From a virus (lineage: Duplodnaviria; Caudoviricetes): 64,000 bases of DNA. Each line of letters begins with the position of its first letter. Within the stretch, counting starts at the first letter, position 1. Shown one piece after another: positions 47,307 through 57,300 of this stretch. Both the position numbers and the translations under genes were made by a program. Below the pieces are notes generated by a model. It made no database searches. It saw only the letters and a list, made by a program, of their open reading frames with translations, and was not told the origin of the DNA. Where the stretch lies: IMG/VR virus record IMGVR_UViG_3300032335_001233, positions 51,490 through 115,489 of that record. One strand, given 5' to 3'.

Positions 47307-47654
47307 ATGAAAAGACCCACTTGTCAGGCCTGCAACCAGCGCCCTTGTGCCATCAACTACTATCGTGACGAAACTCCACACTATCGATCACGATGCGAGA
47401 GTTGTCTTAGACGTAACCGTGGGTTAAAGCCTCGAGTACCACGTTGGCGCAGTCAGGGCTATGAAAAAAAATCGGTGTGCGATCGTTGTGGATTTAGATC
47501 GCAGTATGCAGCACAAATGATGGTGTATCACATTGATGGCAAGCTCACCAACACTGACCTCAAAAATTTACGCACCGTCTGTCTCAACTGCGAAACTGCT
47601 GTGGCTAGATCAGATCTACCATGGCGTCGTGGCGATCTAGAACCTGATGTTTGA
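47307..47654 (+). CDS. Zn-binding HNH-like protein
   Basis: CQAC, CESC, CDRC, HIDG..N...NL..VCLNC; TAAATA 5 nt upstream. Confidence 0.65.
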   Translation: MKRPTCQACNQRPCAINYYRDETPHYRSRCESCLRRNRGLKPRVPRWRSQGYEKKSVCDRCGFRSQYAAQMMVYHIDGKLTNTDLKNLRTVCLNCETAVARSDLPWRRGDLEPDV

Positions 47655-48264
47655 CTTGATTGTATAGTTCGTCCAAGGTGCTGTTGTTGTCTAGCACATG
47701 ATCAAAATCTGTACCTACCCAAGCAGTTTCGCTGGCATGGATGCCCAAATCAACAATGCGTTTTTTGCTAAGAGCCCAGCTCATGTTGGTGGGGCCAGTA
47801 TTGAGATTCACTGCATCTTGATACCATTCGGGTTCACTGCCTCGACGCACTCGGATCACTTTGCCGCCCAGTCTGCGTATGGCTGCAATTTCGTTGGGGA
47901 ATCTGCAATCAGAAATCACTACCTCGTCCTGAACTGTGCGCAGTTTGTTTTCCAAACTGGCTATCCAGATGTCGTCGTGAAACCCCATGCGGCACACTTC
48001 GGTGCCCCAATGCTGTAGCACCCAACGCGGTGTAAGATTGGGCATGTCAAGACGCTGACTCCACCATTCGTCACGTTGTTCACGCCATTCACGAGCCTGT
48101 CGTGTGCGACCTTCCAGCATCACTCGATCCCAACCAAACACTGCTGCCACTGAATCTTTGAGGCTGTTGGCAAAACTTTCACGACGGAAACCGTGTATGT
48201 TGACCAGGTAGTCAGCAATGGTATCTTTACCAGATCCAATAAATCCACAAACGCCAATGATCAT
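47605..48264 (-). CDS. Deoxynucleoside monophosphate kinase (T4 gp1-like)
   Basis: GFIGSGKDT, FANSLKD, PRWVLQHWGTE, DCRFPNE, HASE. Confidence 0.9.
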   Translation of the reverse strand: MIIGVCGFIGSGKDTIADYLVNIHGFRRESFANSLKDSVAAVFGWDRVMLEGRTRQAREWREQRDEWWSQRLDMPNLTPRWVLQHWGTEVCRMGFHDDIWIASLENKLRTVQDEVVISDCRFPNEIAAIRRLGGKVIRVRRGSEPEWYQDAVNLNTGPTNMSWALSKKRIVDLGIHASETAWVGTDFDHVLDNNSTLDELYNQVKHQVLDRHDAMVDLI

Positions 48265-48779
48265 GTCAACTCCTTGATTTTGAGAAATTCCAGAGCATCA
48301 TGCAAGAGATCAATCTGTCTACGACAGTCTTCTAGCGCATGATGGCTGGCAGGATATTTGTTGAGACTGGGCACTAGCCCATATACTGTGCGAGCATCAC
48401 GAATTTTGTAGTACTGCCAGGGCAGACCTAGATTGTAGCTCTTGTAGGCATGCTCTAGAATGTTGGCATCGTATGTGGGCCCGTTCATCCACACTCGATT
48501 ACACTTCCACACCAATCGATGTAATTCTTCTAGAGCTTGCTTGAGTGGGACGCGATTGTCAGGGTGAAATGCTTCTTCTTGAGCGGCTTTTTGTGTGGCC
48601 CACCACTCAATGGTACCTTGTTCAATTTTGCGATCTTCCTGGCTTTCCAAGGTAACTCGAGCATAGTATTTGTGCTCAAAATAACCGCGTGTGAGTGGAT
48701 CAAAGGTCTGTGCTGCTATAGTTAGAATAGTGGCGTCCGGTCCAGTGGCCAAGCCCTCAATATCGATCATAACATCCAT
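48261..48779 (-). CDS. DEDDh 3'-5' exonuclease (DexA/Rv2179c-like)
   Basis: MIDIEGL, WMNGPTYD, RDART, HHALEDC. Confidence 0.85.
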   Translation of the reverse strand: MDVMIDIEGLATGPDATILTIAAQTFDPLTRGYFEHKYYARVTLESQEDRKIEQGTIEWWATQKAAQEEAFHPDNRVPLKQALEELHRLVWKCNRVWMNGPTYDANILEHAYKSYNLGLPWQYYKIRDARTVYGLVPSLNKYPASHHALEDCRRQIDLLHDALEFLKIKELT

Positions 48780-48784
48780 GCTGT

Positions 48785-48813
48785 ATTCTAACATGCAATA
48801 TGTTAGAAAGCAA
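48785..48813 (-). promoter_or_regulatory. sigma70-like promoter TTGCTT-17-TAGAAT overlapped by a 9-bp inverted repeat
   Basis: TTCTAACAT-N5-ATGTTAGAA at 48786-48808. Confidence 0.5.
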
Positions 48814-48821
48814 GATCAATG

Positions 48822-49583
48822 TTAGCCAATTACCCAAGTCAAGGGCTGTGAACCGTCCACATACATTTTGAGTTGTTCGAGTAACGCATCCATTTGAGTC
48901 TGAGCTTCGGCTTTCATGGCAGCACCGTTGAGAGTGCCTCCGCCTTGCGGTCCAGCAATGGTACCAAACTTTTCACGGGCTTCACCAATGATCATTTTGC
49001 AAGAAGCTACCATGTAGTCTCGAATCCATTGTCCAATTTGATAGTCACTCAGCAACTGTATTTCAGGTTTCAACTGGTATACCCAAAGCAGTACATTTTC
49101 GCCTGTGCCTTTTGGATCGCGAATAAGCTGTATTTTTTTAGTCACTGGGTTCCAGGTGTAGTTCATGTACGCACCAAACATGCGACCGGCCAATTCCACA
49201 TACTGACTGTAAAAATCATATGTGGCTAGGCCACCAGATACGTTGAAGTTCATGAGATACACATTGAGAGATGCCTGTGCAAACGGGTCAAAGTTGCTGG
49301 CAAACGGTCCAGTGCTGTCACCAAATGTTCTACGAAAAACTTGGCGCACACTGGCTACTTCTTGTGGCAGTGTGTATATGTTTTGATCCCGTATCAGTTC
49401 CATGAAGATATAGGCTTCTTCATATGCGGCATTGGCTCGCTGTCTGTAGGTGCCTATGGTGCGCTGATAGGCCGCTTCGTAGTGTGCGGGATCTAACTCA
49501 AGATCAACAATTTGGTCACCCAGTGTGAGCTGACAATACTGTATGAGATTTTGCTTGAGTTCGGGCAAGGGGTTTTCGGTCAT
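48822..49583 (-). CDS. gp13: Neck protein (T4 gp13-like)
   Basis: LG..IVDLELD, WIRDY..A..K...GEAREKF..I.GPQGG.TLNG. Confidence 0.8.
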   Translation of the reverse strand: MTENPLPELKQNLIQYCQLTLGDQIVDLELDPAHYEAAYQRTIGTYRQRANAAYEEAYIFMELIRDQNIYTLPQEVASVRQVFRRTFGDSTGPFASNFDPFAQASLNVYLMNFNVSGGLATYDFYSQYVELAGRMFGAYMNYTWNPVTKKIQLIRDPKGTGENVLLWVYQLKPEIQLLSDYQIGQWIRDYMVASCKMIIGEAREKFGTIAGPQGGGTLNGAAMKAEAQTQMDALLEQLKMYVDGSQPLTWVIG

Positions 49584-49607
49584 ATGGGACTCCGTGTCCC
49601 ATATTTA
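49582..49607 (-). promoter_or_regulatory. Late promoter motif overlapping an RBS/start-occluding hairpin
   Basis: TAAATA (49607-49602); stem ATATGGGAC-ACGGA-GTCCCATAT covering GGAG and the AT of the ATG. Confidence 0.65.
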
Positions 49608-50738
49608 CCAGGCCTTGAGTATGATCAAGTTCTCAGTGCCACGAGCATTCCAGGTTGTCTCTGTGGTAGTGAGCTCTTTGAAGATCTTGCGAGCCGCAGG
49701 CTTGCCGGCCGCTGTGATCTGTCGTATAGTTTCTGCAGGCTTGCGCACAGTTTTTTGCTGTGTTTCTGCTGTGCTGAAACCAATTATGCTGTTGCTCTTG
49801 ACTGTAAACACCTTGGCGTACTCGTCGGCCACTACATGAATCAACTTGCGCTTTTTGGTGTCGTAAAGCCAGGCTTCGCTTTTGTCCACTAGACTGGCTG
49901 CTGGCAAACTCCGGAGTTTGAGCTCAGGAAATTCTGCCATGATCTTGAAACGAGCGGCTCGTTTTTCTGGCGCCACAGGCTTGACTTTGCGTGGCTTGCG
50001 TTCCACTTTCTTGATCTGCACATAGCTACCACAGTCTGTGACCACTAGTTCGCAAAACTTGATGCAGTTTTTGAGCTGAGTCTTGGTGAGATGACTGTAA
50101 CCTTGTACCAGTTGGGCGTCTTTGCCGGCCGCTGCCAGTTCCAGCTCGGTTTGGCGCTTGACCCAGATGTCTCGAATCAAAGAAATCATCTGCGGTGCAA
50201 TGTTCATGCCGCGAATCACTGTCACAGGCTTAAAGTCAGCACCGAGCTTGGCGCCAGCGGCAACAAAGTCATCGTACATGCCTTCCAGTTCTCCTGCGCA
50301 TTCTGTGACTTTTTCACGCAATCGATCTTGAATGGTCACGCGATTTGCAGTGTCGGGCTGTGCCACAGGTTCGGGCGCTGGCTCGTCGCGCTGATTCAAC
50401 AGTTCGGTCAACATGCTGTCTAGGGTGCCTTGTTCGCGTTCGGTCAGCACCAGGCCCATGTCCACCATGCGACAGGTCCAGCCTGCTGTGAGACGTACTT
50501 TGCTGTCGGGCAGAGCTCGCACTCGTTTGGCGTCACGAGCACGATCACGCCGATCCAAATAACCAGCAATCATGTCCTTGGCTTCTTTTTTGCCGTAGAA
50601 ATAACTGTACCAATTCAGTGCGCGACTGAGTTCGCTGATGCGACGGTCTGTGGGCTGAGTGGCCCACTGTGGTTCTGAACCCATGTATTTGGTGTCAGGG
50701 CTTCGGGGATTCAGTGTTTTTGGTGCAAGAGATTTCAT
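49605..50738 (-). CDS. Hypothetical early protein
   Basis: 377 aa, AAGGAG RBS, consensus sigma70 promoter upstream. Confidence 0.8.
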   Translation of the reverse strand: MKSLAPKTLNPRSPDTKYMGSEPQWATQPTDRRISELSRALNWYSYFYGKKEAKDMIAGYLDRRDRARDAKRVRALPDSKVRLTAGWTCRMVDMGLVLTEREQGTLDSMLTELLNQRDEPAPEPVAQPDTANRVTIQDRLREKVTECAGELEGMYDDFVAAGAKLGADFKPVTVIRGMNIAPQMISLIRDIWVKRQTELELAAAGKDAQLVQGYSHLTKTQLKNCIKFCELVVTDCGSYVQIKKVERKPRKVKPVAPEKRAARFKIMAEFPELKLRSLPAASLVDKSEAWLYDTKKRKLIHVVADEYAKVFTVKSNSIIGFSTAETQQKTVRKPAETIRQITAAGKPAARKIFKELTTTETTWNARGTENLIILKAW

Positions 50739-50757
50739 ACAGGCTCCTTTGACTGTA

Positions 50758-50786
50758 ATTATAACATAACCAAATTATTGAGTCAA
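50758..50786 (-). promoter_or_regulatory. sigma70 promoter TTGACT-17-TATAAT
   Basis: Read directly. Confidence 0.75.
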
Positions 50787-51047
50787 GTTGGCAGAAAGTA
50801 ACACTAAAGTTGCATCTGCTTCGCTACGAAACGTGATCCAGTAAGGGCGGGAGTCATGACGACTGTTTCTACTGCCAAAATAACTGTACCAGCCACGGTC
50901 AGGATTCCAGCCGCTGCCGCCCAGTTTTTTCTTGCACACGTTTTCACAAGTCTGTGATTTGATTCCATAGGTACTGAACCGCAAGGCCACAGTGTGCCCG
51001 TGCTCTTTGAACATTCGGAATCTACGGTTTAACTTGACTACTTTCAT
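50775..51047 (-). CDS. Small basic hypothetical protein
   Basis: 90 aa; promoter -10 ends 6 nt upstream. Confidence 0.65.
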   Translation of the reverse strand: MKVVKLNRRFRMFKEHGHTVALRFSTYGIKSQTCENVCKKKLGGSGWNPDRGWYSYFGSRNSRHDSRPYWITFRSEADATLVLLSANLTQ

Positions 51048-51053
51048 TGCTCA

Positions 51054-51096
51054 ATTATAGCATCTGACGAAATATTGGTCAACCTGCCCATAAATA
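51054..51096. promoter_or_regulatory. Back-to-back promoters: minus-strand TTGACC-17-TATAAT and plus-strand late CATAAATA
   Basis: 51082-51054 and 51089-51096. Confidence 0.7.
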
Positions 51097-51103
51097 CTGC
51101 ACT

Positions 51104-52477
51104 ATGCCCAGACTCAGTCTATACCGCCCCAATCGCACACGAGATTACCAGTTTTTGGACCGCACCATTCGTGAAATGTACACAGTGGGCGGCGTGGACA
51201 TCTACTGTCACAAGTATCTTGGTCCCCAGACTGGTGGCGAAGATTCAGCGTTTAGTGGCAATGCTGATGCTACACAACCAGTATATGATTCACTGAGTCC
51301 GCTCAACATTCAAGATTTGCTGTTGTTGGAAAATCGTGATCGAATTTACGATCCTGACATCTACATCATGCGCGGCGTGTACAACACTCAAGATGTGGAC
51401 TTTGATCTCACGCAGTTTGGCCTATTTCTCAACAACGACACCTTGTTCATGACGTTTCACTACAACAACATGATTGACACTTTTGGGCGCAAGCTCATGA
51501 GTGGTGATGTGCTAGAAGTGCCCAATCTCAAGGACTACTATCCGCTTGATGCGTCAATTCCGCAACCCATACCCAAATACTATGTGGTGCAAGATGCTGC
51601 TTTTGCGTCAGAAGGGTTCAGTCAAACTTGGTTGCCTCACCTTTGGCGTGTGAAGGCCACGCCACTGACCAATGCACAAGAATACAAAAACATTCTAGAC
51701 AAACCTGTGGTCACTGAACAGATCTGGGACAACGACAATTTCTATCCCTCAGGTGGGGTAGTAAACTACGGTGATGTGTACTATCGTGCCATTCGCAATG
51801 TGCCGCCAGGCACTGACATCACTGACACCACATACTGGACATTGTTCACACCGCCTACTCAAAGTGACGAATTCAGCACAAGGCCCAAGGATCAAGCCAT
51901 CAACGATGCCATTGTCACACAGGCCAACGTGGAAGTGCCAGCGTCGGGTTACGATGTCAAACAGTTCTATGTGGAGCCCACAACTTTGGACGGACAACCG
52001 GCCAATCCAGTCAGTCTCACCACACAAGATGGCGACACCGTGGATGGCACACAAGGCGGTATGAGTGTGAGTCCACGTGCTGACGGCTACACTGTGGGCT
52101 ATCTCACTGGTGACGGCGTACCACCCAATGGTTTACCAGTCACGCCTGGCGTGGCATTTCCACAGAATCCCAGCACTGGCGACTTCTGTCTGCGTCTGGA
52201 TTATTTTCCCAATCGACTGTTCCGCTATGACGGTCGCAAGTGGGCCAAGATTGAGCAGAGTGTGCGCAACAATCTTGACAACGGTGCCAACAACAATTCG
52301 TTGCGCAGCGGCTTTGTGAACAATACATACACTGTGCCCACCACAGACATGGGCAACATACCCAGTCGCCAAAGTCTCAGCGAAATACTCAAGCCGCGTG
52401 CTGACAACGGTGATCAAGGTGGTGATAAACCCAGCCGACCTTATCCTACTACACAACCTGGCCAGAGATCAAGCTAA
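51104..52477 (+). CDS. gp14: Neck/head-closure protein (T4 gp14-like) with C-terminal extension
   Basis: GVDIYCHKY, LTQFGLFL.ND, GDVLEVP; adjacent to the gp15-like gene. Confidence 0.7.
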   Translation: MPRLSLYRPNRTRDYQFLDRTIREMYTVGGVDIYCHKYLGPQTGGEDSAFSGNADATQPVYDSLSPLNIQDLLLLENRDRIYDPDIYIMRGVYNTQDVDFDLTQFGLFLNNDTLFMTFHYNNMIDTFGRKLMSGDVLEVPNLKDYYPLDASIPQPIPKYYVVQDAAFASEGFSQTWLPHLWRVKATPLTNAQEYKNILDKPVVTEQIWDNDNFYPSGGVVNYGDVYYRAIRNVPPGTDITDTTYWTLFTPPTQSDEFSTRPKDQAINDAIVTQANVEVPASGYDVKQFYVEPTTLDGQPANPVSLTTQDGDTVDGTQGGMSVSPRADGYTVGYLTGDGVPPNGLPVTPGVAFPQNPSTGDFCLRLDYFPNRLFRYDGRKWAKIEQSVRNNLDNGANNNSLRSGFVNNTYTVPTTDMGNIPSRQSLSEILKPRADNGDQGGDKPSRPYPTTQPGQRSS

Positions 52478-53892
52478 TGCAAAGTTTCTTTTACGACGAA
52501 CAGATACGCAGATTCCTACTGCAATTCACTAGAATCTTCACGGGGTTTCAAATAGAATATGGTCGCGACGCAACTGACCCCAATGCAGCCGCGCTGTTGC
52601 GGGTGCCGGTGCGCTATGGAGATGCCACTCGCAATGCACAGACCATCATACAAGAAAATTCAGCCAACTCACTGCCAGCTACTCCGCTCATGACTTTTTA
52701 CATTGCAGGCTTGGACTATGACCGCCCAAGAATGCAAGAGCCCTATCACGTCAGCAAGATGTCTGTGCGTCAAAGAACCTATGACACTGCTACTCAAACC
52801 TACGAAACCACCCAGGGCAATGCGTTTACTATTGAGCGACTGATGCCGGTTCCCTACAAACTCACACTTAACCTGGATATCTGGACATCAAACACCAACC
52901 AAAAATTACAGTTGCTGGAACAGATCCTTACCTTGTTTAATCCCAGCTTGGAAGTGCAGGCCACAGACAACTACATTGACTGGACCAGCTTGAGCGTGGT
53001 AGAGTTGGAAACTGTGCAGTGGAGCTCAAGAACTATTCCTCAAGGCACAGACAATCCCATTGACATCTGTACCTTGAGATTCAACCTTCCCATCTGGATT
53101 AGCTCGCCGGCCAAGGTCAAGAAACTGGGTGTTGTGGAACGCATTGTGGCTGGCATCTTTGACGCACAAGGCGATGCTGCTGAGGCCATCACCAACAATG
53201 ACTTGTTGTTGGGCACACGAATGGCATTCACACCTTGGAACTACAAACTGGTAGTGATTGACAACAAGATTCAGGTGCTGTATGACCCCACTATTGTGCC
53301 CAATGGCGGTTACGAAAATTTGAACCCCACAGCCATTGTGGCTGACTCTCCCTTGCTGTGGCCTGCTGTGATTGGTGCTTACGGTACCTTGCGTCCTGGC
53401 ATCAGTCAGATTAGACTGAACTATCCACCCGAAGCCAACAATCCTGACACGTTCATTGTGGGCACTATTGTGGTTGACCCCAATGACGATCGACTGGTGA
53501 TTTTTACTCCAGATCCAGACACTGTGCCGCAAAACACACTGCCACCCATTGACGCCATTGTAAATCCTTTGACCAGCTGCCCAGGCTCAGGATTACCAGC
53601 TGCCCAAACTGGTCAAAAGTATCTTTTGACCGAAGGCACCGGCGACAGCAACAATCAATTTCCAGCACAAGGTTGGATTGGGTCAGACGGTATTCCTTTG
53701 GTGGCGCAGGCCAACGACATCATTGAGTACTACAACAATCACTGGCGTGTGTTGTTTGACAGCAGTGACCAGCCTGACGGGCAGTTTGTTACCAACATCA
53801 CCACTGGTACACAGTACGGCTGGACCGGAGACATGTGGATCAAGAGCTATCAGGGCGTGTATCCTGGCGGAAGCTGGACTCTAGTTCTATGA
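52477..53892 (+). CDS. gp15: Tail sheath stabiliser/terminator (T4 gp15-like) with C-terminal extension
   Basis: FFYDEQIRR, VPVRYG, PVPYKL...L.IWT, QLLEQILTLFNPS. Confidence 0.8.
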   Translation: MQSFFYDEQIRRFLLQFTRIFTGFQIEYGRDATDPNAAALLRVPVRYGDATRNAQTIIQENSANSLPATPLMTFYIAGLDYDRPRMQEPYHVSKMSVRQRTYDTATQTYETTQGNAFTIERLMPVPYKLTLNLDIWTSNTNQKLQLLEQILTLFNPSLEVQATDNYIDWTSLSVVELETVQWSSRTIPQGTDNPIDICTLRFNLPIWISSPAKVKKLGVVERIVAGIFDAQGDAAEAITNNDLLLGTRMAFTPWNYKLVVIDNKIQVLYDPTIVPNGGYENLNPTAIVADSPLLWPAVIGAYGTLRPGISQIRLNYPPEANNPDTFIVGTIVVDPNDDRLVIFTPDPDTVPQNTLPPIDAIVNPLTSCPGSGLPAAQTGQKYLLTEGTGDSNNQFPAQGWIGSDGIPLVAQANDIIEYYNNHWRVLFDSSDQPDGQFVTNITTGTQYGWTGDMWIKSYQGVYPGGSWTLVL

Positions 53893-54296
53893 AAGCCGTG
53901 GGTGTTTGGTTTTTGAGTGTGGCCACACGCCGATATCTCTATCTCTTGAGAAATGATGCTAAAAACCCTGGAACATGGGGGTTGCCTGGTGGCAAGTTGG
54001 AATCTGGGGAAACCTTGCTGGGTGGCATGGAACGCGAGTGCACCGAAGAGCTGGGCAGCTTTCCTAAGTATCAACGTTTGATTCCCTTGGAAAAATTCAC
54101 AGCAGGCGACTTTGAATATCACACCTGGGTGTGTGTGATTGATCAAGAGTTTGTGCCTGTGCTCAATCACGAGCACCTGGGCTATGCCTGGGTAGATTCG
54201 GGTGCGTTCCCCCGGCCCATGCATCCAGGACTGTGGTCAACTGTGAACATTGAAGCTGTGCAACACAAGCTGTCAGCAGTGGAACAGAGTGTTTGA
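53889..54296 (+). CDS. Nudix hydrolase
   Basis: Nudix box GGKLESGETLLGGMERECTEELG. Confidence 0.9.
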   Translation: MKAVGVWFLSVATRRYLYLLRNDAKNPGTWGLPGGKLESGETLLGGMERECTEELGSFPKYQRLIPLEKFTAGDFEYHTWVCVIDQEFVPVLNHEHLGYAWVDSGAFPRPMHPGLWSTVNIEAVQHKLSAVEQSV

Positions 54297-54307
54297 CACT
54301 CTGTTCC
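54281..54307. terminator. Perfect 12-bp hairpin between convergent genes (probable terminator)
   Basis: GGAACAGAGTGT-TTG-ACACTCTGTTCC. Confidence 0.65.
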
Positions 54308-54319
54308 TGATTCTGTATT

Positions 54320-57300
54320 TTACAGTCTGCCCACTACAACTTCAATAACGCCAGATTCGCCATCAAAGTTTTCAAGAGCTTTACCAATCACCGAGCCAAT
54401 TGTGGGTGTGGCGCATGCCTGTGCCACACCGTTGCCAGCAGCAACCATCATGTCGCCTTTGCGCACTGTGCCTGTGACCTTGGTGGGTACTCGACCAGTC
54501 AGCGCAATTATCACAACATTGGGTGCATCAAGCCCAGCATTCATGACATGTGCAGGATTGGTAGAAACCACACCAGCAATGCGTGTGTCACTGGCCTGAG
54601 CAGCCACTGTGACTTCGGCTGTGCCACCAAACACCAACACAGTGCCTGGCGCATATTCAGCGTCAGCAGTGTAGGCTTCGGCCAAGTCAGCGTACTGTGC
54701 CGATGTTGCCTTAGCAAACACAGTGTTAAACCCTACAGTCGAGCTACCAATATTGCCCACACCGTTTGTGGCACCATTGGTAATTGCTGTTGCTCCGGCG
54801 GCTGAGTTAACTGTGATGCCTCCACTCACTGTCAGACTTGACAGTGTGCCCACTGATGTGATGTTAGGTTGTGCCGCAGTGGTCACAGTACCAGCCGTGG
54901 TAGCTGATGTAGCCGAGCCAGCCGACCCAGTTACGTTGATTGACCAAGTACCTGATGCGTTGGTACCAGTGGTGCTGGGGGCGCCCACAGTGTTGTAGCT
55001 TACAGTTAGAGCACCGCTGCCGTTGAATGTAGAACCAGACGCTCCACCGGCACCGCCATTGTTGAAAGTCAACGAGTTAGGCGTGTTGGCTGTAACTGTG
55101 CCTGAACTACCAAGGGCGATGCTGACTCCGTTCACAGTCAAACTGGCATTGGCCAAGCGTGCTTGTGCCAAAGTGCCACTTGAGATGTTTGACGCATTGA
55201 TTGCAGTAACGTTGGCTGCTGATCCGTTGAGAGTACCAATGAAGTTGCCTGATGTAGTGTTTCCAGTTACTGCCAGGCTAGATAATGTACCAACACTGGT
55301 AATGTTGGGTTGTGCTGCTGTGGTTACAGTGCCAGCTGTGGTGGCAGATGTAGCTGATGCCACAGTACCAGTGACATTACCACCTGGAATTGATGTTAGT
55401 CCAGCACCAGATCCGTTAAACTGGCTACCAGTGACTTGGCCAGTTGCTGAGATCAATCCGCCAGTGAGCAAGTTACCTGACGTAGTATTGGCTGTCACTG
55501 TCAAACTCGACAGTGTGCCCACTGAAGTAATGTTGGGCTGTGCATTTGTAGTCACAGTACCAGCTGTGGTTGCTGCACCAGTCAGGGCACCTACAAATGT
55601 AGTTGATGTTACACTAGTCAGTCCGGCCACTGTGGTCACAGTTGCACCTAGAGTAAGTGCTGTTGATCCCAGTGTTACTGCGGCATTGGCCAATCTGGCC
55701 TGGTCCAGGGTGCCTGAACTGATATTGGTAGCTGAGATTGAGGTAACATTAGCACCTGATCCGTTGAGCGTGCCAACAAAATTACCTGCTGTGATGTTGC
55801 CAGTCACTGCCAAGCTGCTCAGTGTACCAACTGATGTAATATTAGGCTGTGCAGCAGTTGTTACGGTGCCAGCAGTGGTAGCTGAAGTGGCGCTTGCTAC
55901 TGTACCTGTGACATTACCACCTGGGATTGATGTCAATCCAGCACCTGATCCGTTGAACTGGCTGCCAGTTACTTGACCAGTTGCTGAAATCAAGCCGCCA
56001 GTGAGCAAGTTACCTGATGTAGTATTGCCAGTCACTGTGAGTGATGTCAACGTGCCCACAGATGTAATATTGGGTTGTGCCGCTGTGGTCAATGTTCCAG
56101 TTAGATTAGTAGCACTAACCAATGCAGCACCAGTCAAGTTACCTGCTGTGATGTTGCCAGTCACTGCCAAACTTGTCAAGGTTCCTACAGACGTAATATT
56201 GGGCTGTGCGGCTGTTGTGACAGTACCAGCTGTGGTAGCCGAAGTTGCTGACGCCACAGCACCTGTGACGTTGCCACCTGGTATTGATGTTAGTCCTGCA
56301 CCTGATCCGTTGAACTGACTGCCAGTTATTTGACCAGTTGCTGATATCAAACCTGCTGTGGTAATGTTGCCGCCAGTGATATTGCCTGTGGCTGAAATTA
56401 AACCTGTTGTGTTGACGTTGCCCCCAACCACGTTGCCAGTGGCTGATACAAATGAACTGGCTACTACTCTAGCAGTGTTAACGTTGCCAGCTGCAATATT
56501 GCCAGTTGCTGATACTGTGCCAGCAGTGCTCAAGTTGCCAGTTATGATGTTGCCAACTACACTGAGACTGTTGAGGTTGCCCACAGTTTGCAGATTAGAG
56601 TTGACCACGTTGTTGGCCAAACTTGAACCAGTCAGTGTGCCAGCTGGTGCTACCACAGCAGCAGTAGATGCTGCTGTGAGTTGACCTTGCTGATTCACAG
56701 TGAATGTAGGTATAGCAGTTGAGTTACCATAGCTACCAGCTGTGACCACTGTGTTGCTGATGCTGAACTGAGTGCCCGACAGTGCGAGTCCAGTGCCAGC
56801 TGTGTAAGCGCCTGATCCAGAAAACTGGGTAAATGCGATGTTGTTGCCGGCAGTTCCAATCGCAGTTGGTGATGTGGTTTGTACCCAGCCGGTATTGCCA
56901 TACACAGTGCCACCGGTAACAAATATAAAATCACCGGCTTCAACTTCGGGTACGCTGTCGTAATCTGTGGCACGAGTTATTACAGTGGCATTGCTCCACA
57001 CATAAACACCGTTGGTCACTGCATTGGCTTCATTCAGCACAAGAATTCTACTACCAGCAGTTTGCACGTTCACAGTGTCAATTAGGTTGAACGCACCGGT
57101 TGTGGTCAATGTGGCACCCACACCGCTGGTGCCATTGTTGTAGGTAACTGTGCCGCCAGAAATTGTGGCCAGAGTGTTTGGAGTTGCTGCTATTGCAGCA
57201 TCATGCACGTTCAAGCCTTGGGCAAAATCATCAACATATTTCTTGGTGGCAGCATCTTGTGCTTGTACAGGGTCACTGACATTGTTGATATATGTCTGAG

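Noticed and set aside
47307-47654. Mobile homing endonuclease or intron
   Set aside because: Short, free-standing, with a late promoter; it does not interrupt a gene and no intron structure was seen.
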